Source: a virus | Length of the DNA stretch: 64,000 nucleotides | IMG/VR virus record: IMGVR_UViG_3300050343_000110 | Strand: one strand, 5' to 3' | Shown: in pieces, positions 49,526 through 59,673 of the stretch | Numbering within the stretch: the stretch's first letter is position 1 | Layout of the letters: every line of letters begins with the position of its first letter | Notes under the pieces: model-generated | The model's database searches: none | The model's input: the letters and a program-made list of their open reading frames with translations, nothing else | What the model was told of the DNA's origin: nothing | Program-made: the position numbers and the translations under genes

Positions 49526-49750
49526 ATGATGAAAGAATTTATATTTGTAATTACAATGTGGGGAATCGATGGTTCTGGTACAGAGAATTATATAGGACAG
49601 ATTGCAATGCAACAGCCGTTCTCAGAAACACAGTGCGAAAGACTTATGGATGATGGTATGTGGAAATCTGATTACGAGAACGAACATTACTTTATGAAGG
49701 GCCATTGCTTCCCGGCAGAATGTTCTGGTAAAGAGCAATGTACAGAGTAA
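49526..49750 (+). CDS. Hypothetical protein
   Basis: ORF with AGGA RBS. Confidence 0.55.
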   Translation: MMKEFIFVITMWGIDGSGTENYIGQIAMQQPFSETQCERLMDDGMWKSDYENEHYFMKGHCFPAECSGKEQCTE

Positions 49751-50169
49751 CAGGATATTTTAAGGAACAGAAGGTAGTTCAGTATTTTACTGATGTATAT
49801 GACGCTATTGATTTCAAAGATGTTGTTGATGCACACTACCCTTTAAAGGTAACATTTGAAAAAGGAGTTTATCCAGTGAGAAGTTTTATTGTAGATAGTT
49901 GGAATGGTGTAATGAATATGGATAGAAATCCATTGAGACATATTCCAGATTTGAATGTGAGACACATGGTACTACAAGTGCTTGCATGGATGTGGTGTAT
50001 TGTGTTTAGTATGTGGATTGGTAGTTTTTGGATTATGGGTATCAGTATGATTGCTCATGCACTATTACTCGCCGCAATAGTTATTACAGTCGCAACCTTT
50101 GAAACTGCAAAACGAGCCCCACAGTATTTTGGTGGTTACGGCAGAGGCGCTGGTGGTGAGCATGAATAA
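49738..50169 (+). CDS. Membrane protein (possible internal GTG start at 49876)
   Basis: NPLRHIPD..RH..LQVLAWMWC plus TM helices; internal AAAGGAG. Confidence 0.6.
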   Translation: MYRVTGYFKEQKVVQYFTDVYDAIDFKDVVDAHYPLKVTFEKGVYPVRSFIVDSWNGVMNMDRNPLRHIPDLNVRHMVLQVLAWMWCIVFSMWIGSFWIMGISMIAHALLLAAIVITVATFETAKRAPQYFGGYGRGAGGEHE

Positions 50170-50293
50170 GATTAAACAGTTTTGGTATGAGACTGATAGC
50201 ATTGAAATGGTTCTCTTTGCAACTATATGGAGTCTGTTTGGTTACGGTGCATATGTAGTAATACTTGAACTAGTAGATAGGGTGATGCCTTAA
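50162..50293 (+). CDS. Small membrane protein
   Basis: MNKIKQFW.. followed by a TM helix. Confidence 0.5.
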   Translation: MNKIKQFWYETDSIEMVLFATIWSLFGYGAYVVILELVDRVMP

Positions 50294-50416
50294 TACATCC
50301 GTTCAGACCAACGGTAAGTCTGTTTTGCACCCAGCATTTATACACTGGCTCTGCTTTATTAGATGGGGGGAAGAATATTCCTTTCGCTTCCCCCCATCGC
50401 TTAACAGGAGTAGATT

Positions 50417-50656
50417 ATGAATCTAGAAGAATTAGCAGTGATGACACCCAAGAAGTTTGCAATCAAGATTGAAGAGATTGTAAAAGAAGGACTTGGACAA
50501 ACTACATATATGGATGCTATTTTGGACTATTGTGAAAGACATTCAATGGAGCCAGATACAGTTGCTCCACTTATCTCAAAACCCCTCAAGGAAAAAATAG
50601 AGGCAGATGCAAGAGAACTAAACTTCCTTCCAAGAGTCGCAACACTACCAATCTAA
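50417..50656 (+). CDS. gp33: Late transcription co-activator gp33
   Basis: F...IE..V, Y.DAI..YC, LISKPLKEKI..A..LNFL. Confidence 0.9.
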   Translation: MNLEELAVMTPKKFAIKIEEIVKEGLGQTTYMDAILDYCERHSMEPDTVAPLISKPLKEKIEADARELNFLPRVATLPI

Positions 50657-50665
50657 GGAGTTGTT

Positions 50666-51247
50666 ATGGAAGCATGGGAAGCCTATCAGATGTATCTTGG
50701 TCTAAAATTGCATTTCACAACAGATTATGATTACACTAGGTATGGGGGTAAAACCTCAGCCACTAAGGCATCTTTCCTCAAAAGAAAGGATAGATACTTT
50801 TTCGCCAGAGTTGCAAAAAAGTATGATGATAAAACCTTAGAGTATTATGTCTCAAATTTTATTAAATCACCAAAGGGGTGGTTAGGAGATTTCAAAGAAG
50901 AAAACTATCTGGATTGGTCTAAGAACAAACAATCATTGACATATAACTTTCTTACAGATATGTCACTTTTATTTTCGATTGTAGACGATTTTAATTCAAT
51001 TTTCTCTTGCCAAAACGGCCAACATCCAGTATTATTAAAGAACTTCCTCGCCAAGAGGATATCAGTTGAAACGATGGTAATCCTACAGGGGTTACTGAAT
51101 TATGTCAGAAAATGGGATAAGGAATTAGAAGATGATTTAGTATGGCCTGATAGTAGACGTTTAATCGTCAAGTATGGTGCATTTCTTGATTACGATAAAG
51201 AGAAATGTAAAACGAAACTTCTTAAACTGACTAAGGAGACTTTCTGA
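50666..51247 (+). CDS. gp59: Helicase loader gp59
   Basis: Y..YL.LK.HF..YDY..Y.GK, F.KRKD.YFF, IS.ET; synteny. Confidence 0.88.
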   Translation: MEAWEAYQMYLGLKLHFTTDYDYTRYGGKTSATKASFLKRKDRYFFARVAKKYDDKTLEYYVSNFIKSPKGWLGDFKEENYLDWSKNKQSLTYNFLTDMSLLFSIVDDFNSIFSCQNGQHPVLLKNFLAKRISVETMVILQGLLNYVRKWDKELEDDLVWPDSRRLIVKYGAFLDYDKEKCKTKLLKLTKETF

Positions 51248-51435
51248 TGACACAGGAAGAACTAGTAAGGGAAAGAGATTTTTACAGAGCAAAACTCAAA
51301 GAAGAGAAGTCTCTTGTAAAAGCACTAAGGTTTGAGTGTGCAGAACTGCAAAAGCGTGATGCCGAAGTAACCAAAAGATTGTCGGAAACGGCAAATCGCC
51401 CAGTGATGAGGCCCCGTAACAAGCGTCCTCACTAA
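51247..51435 (+). CDS. Small coiled-coil protein
   Basis: AAGGAG RBS; TGATG coupling. Confidence 0.55.
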   Translation: MTQEELVRERDFYRAKLKEEKSLVKALRFECAELQKRDAEVTKRLSETANRPVMRPRNKRPH

Positions 51436-51519
51436 ATAACATTTCCTGAGTATGAATCAAAACTGCTCATTGACATTTAACAGGAAGGTGAAGATTGGTA
51501 TGAAGAATAAGGAAAACTA

Positions 51520-52219
51520 TATGCTTACAACTGCTAAACTGGTATCGTATTCGATGCCAACTGAAGCCTTTGAACAGGAAGGGTTAAAGAACGTACAGGA
51601 CTTAATCTCTTACTGTGCTCGTGTATCAAATCCGGCAAACCAATTTAATAATAAAACCTCGACTAAACTTATACAATACTTGATAAAACACAAACACTGG
51701 TCGCCGTTGGAAATGGCGAGTGCTTGTTTGGAAATTGAAACAACTCGTGATATTGCACATCAACTAGTGCGTCATAGAAGTTTCAGTTTTCAAGAATTTA
51801 GTCAGCGATATGCTGACCCACAAACAATGGGGGATGCATTTACCTTGCGTGAATGCAGACTCCAAGACCCTGAGAATAGACAGAACTCTATTGAGATAGA
51901 GAATGATCCATCTTTACAATTAGACTTGCACAGACAAGAGTTGATTACAGAATGGCAACGTAGACAGCATGGTATTATTAATCAGTCTAAAGAATTGTAC
52001 AACTGGGCAATAGAACACGGTATTGCAAAAGAACAGGCTCGTGCAGTCTTACCAGAAGGGTTGACTAAAACTCGTGTGATGATGAATGGCACGTTGCGTT
52101 CATGGGTTCACTATATAGAATTAAGGGGTGCGAATGGAACTCAAAAGGAGCATATGGAAATCGCACAGGCAGCCGCAAAAGAGATTGCCCAAATTTTCCC
52201 ACTCATGGAGAAACTATAA
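51520..52219 (+). CDS. thyX: Flavin-dependent thymidylate synthase
   Basis: ARVS, HWSPLE, RHRSFSFQEFSQRY, EQARAVLP. Confidence 0.96.
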
Positions 52220-52515
52220 TGGAAAAATATATCAGAACCAGAATAGAGCAACTCAGTGACGATAGAGATAAAGCACACGATGAACACGACAAACAATGGT
52301 ACACTCGTTGTATCCAAGAATTAGATTGGGTACTGATGATGGGTGAAAAGAAACCAAAACGAAATTGCAGTCAGGAGTATTTGAAAGAGAAACAAGCAAA
52401 TATTCAATCTGATGCAACATCCTGGCCATTTAACATGAGTACACAATGGACTCAAGATATGACTGGCACAGGAAGTTATCTTACACTAGGTGATTATAAG
52501 GTAACTTACAAATAA
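52219..52515 (+). CDS. Hypothetical protein
   Basis: D.QWY.R.IQEL.W; GGAG RBS. Confidence 0.6.
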   Translation: MEKYIRTRIEQLSDDRDKAHDEHDKQWYTRCIQELDWVLMMGEKKPKRNCSQEYLKEKQANIQSDATSWPFNMSTQWTQDMTGTGSYLTLGDYKVTYK

Positions 52516-52599
52516 TTTATTTGCCCTAATATCCAAAAATGTATTGACAAATACAGGGTATTAGGGTATTATAAATACTATCATATAATGAATAATGTG

Positions 52600-52646
52600 A
52601 AATACTTAAACATACGCTAACATACATTAACATAAGGAGAAAATAT
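52600..52646 (+). promoter_or_regulatory. Putative gp32 translational autoregulation leader
   Basis: Unstructured A/C-rich AACATA x3 abutting the RBS. Confidence 0.45.
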
Positions 52647-53540
52647 ATGTCTATTTCAGCGCTAAGAAACCAGAACTCTCTGGACAAACTTCTACAACAA
52701 GTCCAAAAGGACGAATCCCCATCAACTGAGAAAAAGTCATACGTTGACGAAAGACTTTGGAAGCCTCAGGTTGACAAGGCAGGTAACGGTTACGCAGTAA
52801 TTAGGTTCTTGCCTGCACCAAAAGGTGAAGAGTTGCCATGGGTTCGTGTTTGGAATCATGCATTCCAAGGCCCAACTGGACAGTGGTTCATTGAGAACTC
52901 ACTAACTACGTTGAACCAGAAAGACCCAGTGTCAGAGTACAACTCTGCATTGTGGAACTCTGGTGTTGAGAGTGATAAAGAAATCGCTCGTAAACAGAAG
53001 AGAAAGTTGCAGTATTACTCTAACGTCTATATTGTACAAGATTCTACTAACCCAGAAAACGAAGGCAAAGTAATGCTTTATCGTTATGGTAAGAAGATTT
53101 TTGACAAGTTGATGGAGACTATGCAGCCTGCATTTGAGGATGAAAAAGCAATCAACCCATTTGATTTATGGGAAGGTGCAAACTTCAAACTCAAGATTCG
53201 TAAGGTTGATGGTTACTGGAACTACGATAAGTCTGAGTTCGACTCTGTGACGCCTTTGAAGTCAACTGATGAGGAACTAGAATCAATCTGGAATGCAGAA
53301 CATTCCCTTGCAGATTTTGTTGCTCCTTCTAACTTCAAATCATATGATGAGCTGAAAACTCGTTTGGATGCTGTTCTATCTGGTACGGTTGTTGCAGCTA
53401 AAACTGCAGCTGCAATGATTGAAGAGGATGAAACGCCCTTCACTCCTACGTTCAAGTCAGAACCAGCTCCAACACCAACTTCAGTTGATAATGAAGATGA
53501 TGACGCAATGTCATATTTTGAAAAGTTGGCAAACGAATAG
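52647..53540 (+). CDS. gp32: Single-stranded DNA-binding protein gp32
   Basis: DERLWKP..DK.GNGYAVIRFLP, YGKKIFDK, NYDKSEF, acidic tail. Confidence 0.97.
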   Translation: MSISALRNQNSLDKLLQQVQKDESPSTEKKSYVDERLWKPQVDKAGNGYAVIRFLPAPKGEELPWVRVWNHAFQGPTGQWFIENSLTTLNQKDPVSEYNSALWNSGVESDKEIARKQKRKLQYYSNVYIVQDSTNPENEGKVMLYRYGKKIFDKLMETMQPAFEDEKAINPFDLWEGANFKLKIRKVDGYWNYDKSEFDSVTPLKSTDEELESIWNAEHSLADFVAPSNFKSYDELKTRLDAVLSGTVVAAKTAAAMIEEDETPFTPTFKSEPAPTPTSVDNEDDDAMSYFEKLANE

Positions 53541-53624
53541 GTATAGTGGTAAAGTCCTTTGTGCAGTAAGTCTCTCTGAGTCGTAACACCACATAAAAAG
53601 ACTACTAAATAGTAAAACGAGATG

Positions 53625-53656
53625 GAGGGCAGAGTGTCAAAACTCTGTCCTCTTTT
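53625..53656 (+). terminator. Intrinsic terminator
   Basis: GAGGGCAGAG-loop-CTCTGTCCTC followed by TTTT. Confidence 0.7.
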
Positions 53657-53742
53657 CGTGTCATATTATGTTACTGTTCAAATTATTGACAAAGACTAAA
53701 TGTCTTATAAATATTGTCGTAAGTATATTAGGGAGTGATACT

Positions 53743-54288
53743 TTGAAAAAATTCATAATGGCGCTGGGTATTTTACTATTATCTACTACTGGCGCCTTTG
53801 CACAAACCGTTGTCGAAACAACAACTGATAGTAAATCAGATGTTACGACATCTGGAAAAACTATAGTCATATCACCGCCACCTTCTGCAATCTCGCCGAG
53901 TGTAGGTTCATCGACTTCTGATCTTTGTATGTCAGGAGTATCAGGTGCAGTACAAACACAAATTCTTGGTGTGTCAACTGGTGAGATGGTAAGAGATGAG
54001 AATTGTGAACGTCTAAAGATTTCAAAGACGCTATATGATATGGGTATGAAAGTAGCAGCCGTATCAGTGCTTTGTCAAGACGAAGAGTATATGATGCCAT
54101 GGAGATGGCAGGAACACCTTGTCCATTCCTTGGTAAAATTGGGGAACAAGCAACAGATGAGTGGAAGAACAATCCTGGCCGTATTCCACCATCAGAAGTA
54201 GTGAGGACACAAGGAAGATGTTCAAGAACGTAATGCAAAAATTGGCGCTGGCATTGGCGGCCTTGCTTTGCTTTTGCTCCTACTCTAA
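53743..54288 (+). CDS. Exported/membrane Cys-containing protein (compensating frameshifts near 54079 and 54206)
   Basis: Signal peptide; SPPPSAISP..C..GVSGAVQTQ..DENCERLK..MAGTPCP; C-terminal GAGIGGLALLLLLL. Confidence 0.65.
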
Positions 54289-55989
54289 CGCACAGGTATC
54301 TACAGGGCCCGCCTCTGGACAAACTGGTAACATTCTAATAATAGGGAATGGGTGGACAGGCAACTTTAGTACTTGTACTCATAATGTAAACTGTTGGGCA
54401 GGAAGTACTGATACTGGTGATATTCACAATGCTCCAGCCGGAACTACTGGTAATGGTTCTACTTTCTACTGGAGCGGCACACAAGAAACCCTTACAAATA
54501 CAATCGCAATAAACTCTGCACTTGCTGCCGCTGGTATACAAGTTGATGGTTTTGATTATGAGTGGGTATATAAGAATGGTAATGCAAACCATTTTTCTGG
54601 ACAGCCAGGCGGTGGTGGAATAGACCCCCTTTGAGATTGTTGTCAATGTCTATGATGCCAACGGTAACTTGTTTAAGACTTACAGGTATGACTACGGCAC
54701 TAATTTTGCAAACTGGACATATGATACAGGTACAGAAGTATTCGGTACAAATTTCCTTGACCCCTCATTCTTTGGAAATGTAGAAGTACTTGTTACTGGA
54801 CAGGACATCGCTGCACAGGCTGGTTATTGGGGGCCAGAGTTTAGAGCAGATGAATCTGGATTATATGTAAACTATTCTGCAAACCTTTGTTACAACAATC
54901 CTCTACATGACCCTTCATGTCCTGGCTATGCGAATGCTTTGTTTCAACAACAATGTACTGCAAATCCATTATTTGATTCCGCCTGTCCAGGCTATGCCGC
55001 CGCATATCTTATACAACAATGCACTGCAAATCCCTTGCATGACCCTGCCTGTCCTGGCTATGCAACTGCATATTACAATCAACAGTGTTCACTAGACCCT
55101 CTATATGATAAAGGTTGTACTGGACATTTGACTGCACAGTGTAATAAAAACCCTCTTTATGACCCTCAATGTCCTGGCTATGCGGCTGCTTATCTTGCAG
55201 ACAGGTGTTTCTATGACCCTCTATATGATGTACAGTGTACAGGATACCAACAGGCATACTTTGATCAGCAGTGTGAGTTGGATAGTCAATACGACCAACT
55301 CTGCCCTGCATATCTCGACCCCTGACCTTGTAGATTTAGGTGATGTTGACCCAGTTGAAGAAGTTCTATCTGAACCAGATATTCCAGTAGTTGCAGAACT
55401 AGACTTTACAAGTACAGTTAATGATTTTGATGGTGAGATAGTTGTAGAAGATCAACAGATAGTAGAAACTGTAGAAGTTGAAGATGGAGATGGTTTTCAA
55501 CAAGTCGATGATAATATCGAAGGTGAAAAATTGCAGATGGAAGATGATATCGAAAAAGAGATTGCCGCACTAGAGAATGAGGCCGTTGAAGATGATACTG
55601 CACCTGATTTTGTAAAGGGTGATGCTAATCAAGAGGACGATATTGAGAAGGAACTTGCAGAATTAAAGAATAGTGAAAATTCAGATAACAAGAAAGATGC
55701 ACCAAAACCAAAGACAAAGAACGAAAAGATAAAACTACTACTTGCTATGAAAGCAATAGAACTAACAAAAAAACTTGAGAAAGAAGTAAGTCTGGAACAG
55801 AATATGATAATGCAAAGACAACTACTTGCGTTGATTTCATATGTGCCAGGCTTTGATTATAATGAGAAGAAATTACCACAGACTAATTTCTATCCACCAA
55901 AACCAACAGTTGACCATGCCTATGCAAGGTGGTTCTTAAATGACCCTAATTTTGGTTTGATGGAAGATTCACAATATAATTTTAAATAG
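54218..55989 (+). CDS. Large secreted protein with seven Cys-rich repeats and an acidic domain (frameshifts near 54623 and 55317)
   Basis: Signal peptide; C..NPL.DP.CPGY repeats; the three ORF pieces join at GACCCC sites. Confidence 0.65.
54875..55315 (+). repeat. Tandem approx. 66-nt (22-aa) coding repeats, 7 copies
   Basis: QQCTANPLxDPxCPGYAxAY consensus. Confidence 0.85.
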
Positions 55990-55998
55990 GAGAGAGAA

Positions 55999-56544
55999 AT
56001 GGCAGAAATAGAATACGGTGGAATTAAAGTAGGGGGTTCTAAACTTCTACTTGTTTTGCCACTAGTGGGAACAATTGGTGGTGGACTATGGGCTGGATTT
56101 GAGTTCTACAAAGACTACATGGATATGAAAGAACAAATCCAAAACTATGTTGCACCAGACTTGTCAGAGTTTGACAAACAACTTGCAGTTATCACAGAAG
56201 AGATGACACTTACCAGAGAAGAGGTAAAAATCATCAGAGATTCTATCGGTGAACAAGTAGACTTTATGCGTGATACCAAACACGACTTGCGTGGTGACTT
56301 GGTTCGTATGGAGAAGATACTGGACAAGGTTGAGAACGACATTGATGCAGTAGAAGATGAGGCACAGGCACTTATGGACAGAACCAAGACTGATGCTCGT
56401 AATATGATTAATGATGCAAACAATCGTTTCAATGATAAGGTATCTGGTTTGGAAGGTTATGTCAAACGAGAACTGACTTCACTTGAAGATGACCTTGATA
56501 GAAAATTGCAGAAGAGTTTGGATAACCCACTAGCGAATAGATAA
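55999..56544 (+). CDS. Single-TM coiled-coil protein
   Basis: TIGGGLWAGFEFYKDY, long heptads, C-terminal LDNPL. Confidence 0.7.
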   Translation: MAEIEYGGIKVGGSKLLLVLPLVGTIGGGLWAGFEFYKDYMDMKEQIQNYVAPDLSEFDKQLAVITEEMTLTREEVKIIRDSIGEQVDFMRDTKHDLRGDLVRMEKILDKVENDIDAVEDEAQALMDRTKTDARNMINDANNRFNDKVSGLEGYVKRELTSLEDDLDRKLQKSLDNPLANR

Positions 56545-56613
56545 ATACTAGTGTGAGTTGAGAAGTCAAAAACATTATTCTTCATCATTTGTAACTAACT
56601 AAGGAAAATACAA

Positions 56614-57096
56614 ATGATAGACCCAGTTACCGCTCTTGCTACAGCCTCGAGCGCATTTAATCTTATCAAAAAAGGTTTTTCTGTCGGCAGAGATGTTGAA
56701 TCTATGGGAAAAGACCTTGGACGCTGGATGGGAGCAATGTCTGACCTGAAGAAGGCAGATGAATATGCTAAGAAACCGCCTTTGTTTAAAAAGATATTTG
56801 CAGCGGGTTCAGTAGAAGAAGAGGCCATGGCTGCCTTCATGGCGAAGAAGAAGGCAGAAGATATGCGTGACGAATTGCGACAAATGATTTCGATGACAAG
56901 AGGGCCGTCTGCATGGCAGGAGCTCATCAATATGGAAGCACAAATTCGTAAAGACAGACAGAGGGCAATCTATGATCAGAAAGAACGACAGAGAAAGTTC
57001 TTTGAATACAGTATTGCGGCACTATTAGTAATTATAACTTCTTGTTTTGTTGTATGGTTCGCTTGGTTCATTATGCAACATAAAGGTATGATTTAA
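56614..57096 (+). CDS. Conserved phage membrane-anchored protein
   Basis: MIDPVTALA.A..AF..IKKG; C-terminal TM. Confidence 0.65.
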   Translation: MIDPVTALATASSAFNLIKKGFSVGRDVESMGKDLGRWMGAMSDLKKADEYAKKPPLFKKIFAAGSVEEEAMAAFMAKKKAEDMRDELRQMISMTRGPSAWQELINMEAQIRKDRQRAIYDQKERQRKFFEYSIAALLVIITSCFVVWFAWFIMQHKGMI

Positions 57097-57287
57097 TGTT
57101 GTTGGTGTTTGTCTCTATATTTGTAATGATATTGATTGGCCTGTTGGGGTATCTGGTATGGATGGATGACCAGATATATAATCCACCATATATGCCTGAG
57201 ACAGAAGCAGAAAGACACGTTAAAGAAATGAAATTAAGAATTCATAATGCAGAGTGGAAGTTTAAGAGAGAAATCGGTGAGGTATGA
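57096..57287 (+). CDS. Small membrane protein
   Basis: N-terminal TM; coupled to neighbours. Confidence 0.5.
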   Translation: MLLVFVSIFVMILIGLLGYLVWMDDQIYNPPYMPETEAERHVKEMKLRIHNAEWKFKREIGEV

Positions 57288-57514
57288 TTCACGCATTCAT
57301 GTTAATAGTTGTTATGGGAACAAATGAATTTAGAAAAGTAGAACCAAACTCTATGTACTTTAGAAGTATAACAACTTGTCTATGGTATGCAGAAAAAATT
57401 CCTAAGAGATATGGAAACTATGCTTGGGATTCATATGTTGACCCTAGAGATAGGGTTACTGCATATTGTAAACCTGTCAAGATAAAAGATGGTGAACACA
57501 TCTACGATCACTAA
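57284..57514 (+). CDS. Hypothetical protein
   Basis: YFRS..C..YA...TAYC.P. Confidence 0.6.
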   Translation: MIHAFMLIVVMGTNEFRKVEPNSMYFRSITTCLWYAEKIPKRYGNYAWDSYVDPRDRVTAYCKPVKIKDGEHIYDH

Positions 57515-59667
57515 CCAGCAACTGCAGCTAATTGTGATGCAGAACTGTTATCTCTTGTCGCAACAGGTATAGGTGCAGATGCTCCTCCACTACTTCCACC
57601 ACCAACATTATTCTGGTTGACAACAACTGTTGTAGCTGCATCGGCAGTAGCATCTTGCGCTCCAGCAGTTCCTTGTGCAACTGCCTGTCCAGTAGAACTG
57701 CCAACTGGTGCAAGATTAGGATTGCCATACATTTGTTTGTATTTGGCATCAGCAAACTTCAATTGTTTGCGTGGTTTTAAATTACTATATCCGGCATATA
57801 TATCTTCATATTCTTCAGTTCCACGATATGCATATTGTCCTTGTCTATCTCCGTCTGATACCAGATATTCTTTCTGTCCAGAACCAGAGAATTCACCAGC
57901 ACCATTTCTTTTGCTAATCTCTGCTCTAAGGACTCCTGCTGTATCTTCATCAATATCTTTATCATCTAAGATTGCTTGTAACTGTTTAGTAGTAGCCTTA
58001 CCAATGAGATTAGCATTTACTTCAGAGTTGCCAATTAAGTCTTTGTCGTAAAGTCCTGTTGCCTTTGCTTGGTCTAAACCACTCATTCCTTTGAATTCAT
58101 CAGAACTTTGATCTACCTCTTTACCAAACAGGAAGTCAACTACTGTCTCTGGTAGTATTCCACTTGCAAGTCCTCGTACATCAATATTTAATAAACTTTT
58201 GAAGAACTCACCAATCTTACCAAATGTTTCGATAACAAAATCAGAAAGACGGAATGGTTCGTTTGGATCACCAAATCCAAATATATCTTTGATTGCATTG
58301 ACTGCCAAATTGATTGGTGCATATATTAAATCTGCAATACTACCAAATAAGTTAAGGAAGGCCTCGGCGCTAAAGTCACCAGAGAAAATTGCTTTAACAG
58401 AAGAAATTACATCACCCACAGTTTGTTTAATAAATTGGAACATTGCAAAATCACCAAATAAATCTTCTCCTAGTGCAAATATTTCTTTGATTTTGGTAAT
58501 TACAGTGTCAACCATTCCAGTGATAAATGTTCTAAGACTGAAATCAGTTCCATCCTCAGTTGACCAACCAAAGATACCCATAATCCAATTTACTGCTGAA
58601 TCAATGGGTGCAAAGATAATATCAAGAAGTCCACCTTCACCCACAATTCCATTCCACATAGATGTAAGTGTTCCTACAGGGTCAGTGAATAATCCAACAA
58701 CACCATCGTATATTCCAACAAAGAAATCTTTAATACTGGCCAATGTATCAGTAACAAACTTACCTATAGAACCAAAGACTGAATCTGTTTCTTCTAAACC
58801 AAACAGTTTTGCAAACAAATTATAAACACCAGTGATTAGATTATCTATTGTATCAATAAAGAATGTTCCTAGACTTCCAATTAGAGTTGTAATACCACCA
58901 AGGATATCACCCTCTTGAAACTTTGTGATTGCGTCACCAACACCAGAAAACAGTTCTTTGATATTTTCAAACTGTCTGATAAACACATCTTTAACAATCT
59001 CAAATATAGGTTTCAGAACATTTTCATACAAACTTTGAATTGCTGGTACTATGTCATCCATGATGACTTTCTTAGTCTTTTCCCAATACTCACTATTCAT
59101 AAATGCAATAAAGGCTGCAAGAGCGCCACCGATAAGAAGTTTACCTAATATACTTTTCAGTCCACCACCAAATGCAGATGCCTTATCTTTTATCGCTTTA
59201 CCAAAAGAAGATGCAACACCCACAACTCCCCTTTCTACAGACTGAATACCATCTAATAGTGCAGTTTGTAATCTGAAATTTTTACGTTTATCTTCAACTG
59301 CTGCGGCTGCATTTTTTACACCAGCTTTTGCACCATCTGCCAATAGTTTTAAGGGAGCAAGAATTGTTAGAGCAGGATTATTTTTAAGAATTGTTTCTTT
59401 TTGTTCTTGAAGTAATCTTTTAGTTTCCTCACGACCTTGATAGTTTGCCGCAGACGCCTCTGTTCCTTGTGAAATCAGTTCTCGTGTGAGCTCTCTTCCA
59501 TCTGCAAATGCCTTTTTAGTGACTTCAGTATTTTTTGCCATTGAGAGAGCATCTTCTGCCGCCCTCTTTTTGGATGCGGCAACAAGGGCAGAAAACCCTT
59601 CTGTCATGGTTTTAGTCAAACCTTTAAATTCTTTTTCGGTGTTACCCTTGTTGTCATCTTTTGCCAT
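57511..59667 (-). CDS. Tail length tape measure / gp29-like baseplate hub protein
   Basis: Long amphipathic helical protein with F/W periodicity; C-terminal VVVNQNN; located in the baseplate hub cluster. Confidence 0.7.
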   Translation of the reverse strand: MAKDDNKGNTEKEFKGLTKTMTEGFSALVAASKKRAAEDALSMAKNTEVTKKAFADGRELTRELISQGTEASAANYQGREETKRLLQEQKETILKNNPALTILAPLKLLADGAKAGVKNAAAAVEDKRKNFRLQTALLDGIQSVERGVVGVASSFGKAIKDKASAFGGGLKSILGKLLIGGALAAFIAFMNSEYWEKTKKVIMDDIVPAIQSLYENVLKPIFEIVKDVFIRQFENIKELFSGVGDAITKFQEGDILGGITTLIGSLGTFFIDTIDNLITGVYNLFAKLFGLEETDSVFGSIGKFVTDTLASIKDFFVGIYDGVVGLFTDPVGTLTSMWNGIVGEGGLLDIIFAPIDSAVNWIMGIFGWSTEDGTDFSLRTFITGMVDTVITKIKEIFALGEDLFGDFAMFQFIKQTVGDVISSVKAIFSGDFSAEAFLNLFGSIADLIYAPINLAVNAIKDIFGFGDPNEPFRLSDFVIETFGKIGEFFKSLLNIDVRGLASGILPETVVDFLFGKEVDQSSDEFKGMSGLDQAKATGLYDKDLIGNSEVNANLIGKATTKQLQAILDDKDIDEDTAGVLRAEISKRNGAGEFSGSGQKEYLVSDGDRQGQYAYRGTEEYEDIYAGYSNLKPRKQLKFADAKYKQMYGNPNLAPVGSSTGQAVAQGTAGAQDATADAATTVVVNQNNVGGGSSGGASAPIPVATRDNSSASQLAAVAG

Positions 59668-59673
59668 TTTATT

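Noticed and set aside
53545-53620. Hammerhead or other ribozyme after gp32
   Set aside because: No CUGAUGA/GAAA core in a workable geometry; only the downstream terminator is convincing
54875-55315. CRISPR-like or DGR repeat
   Set aside because: The repeats are in-frame coding units that vary at synonymous positions, and no reverse transcriptase is in the window
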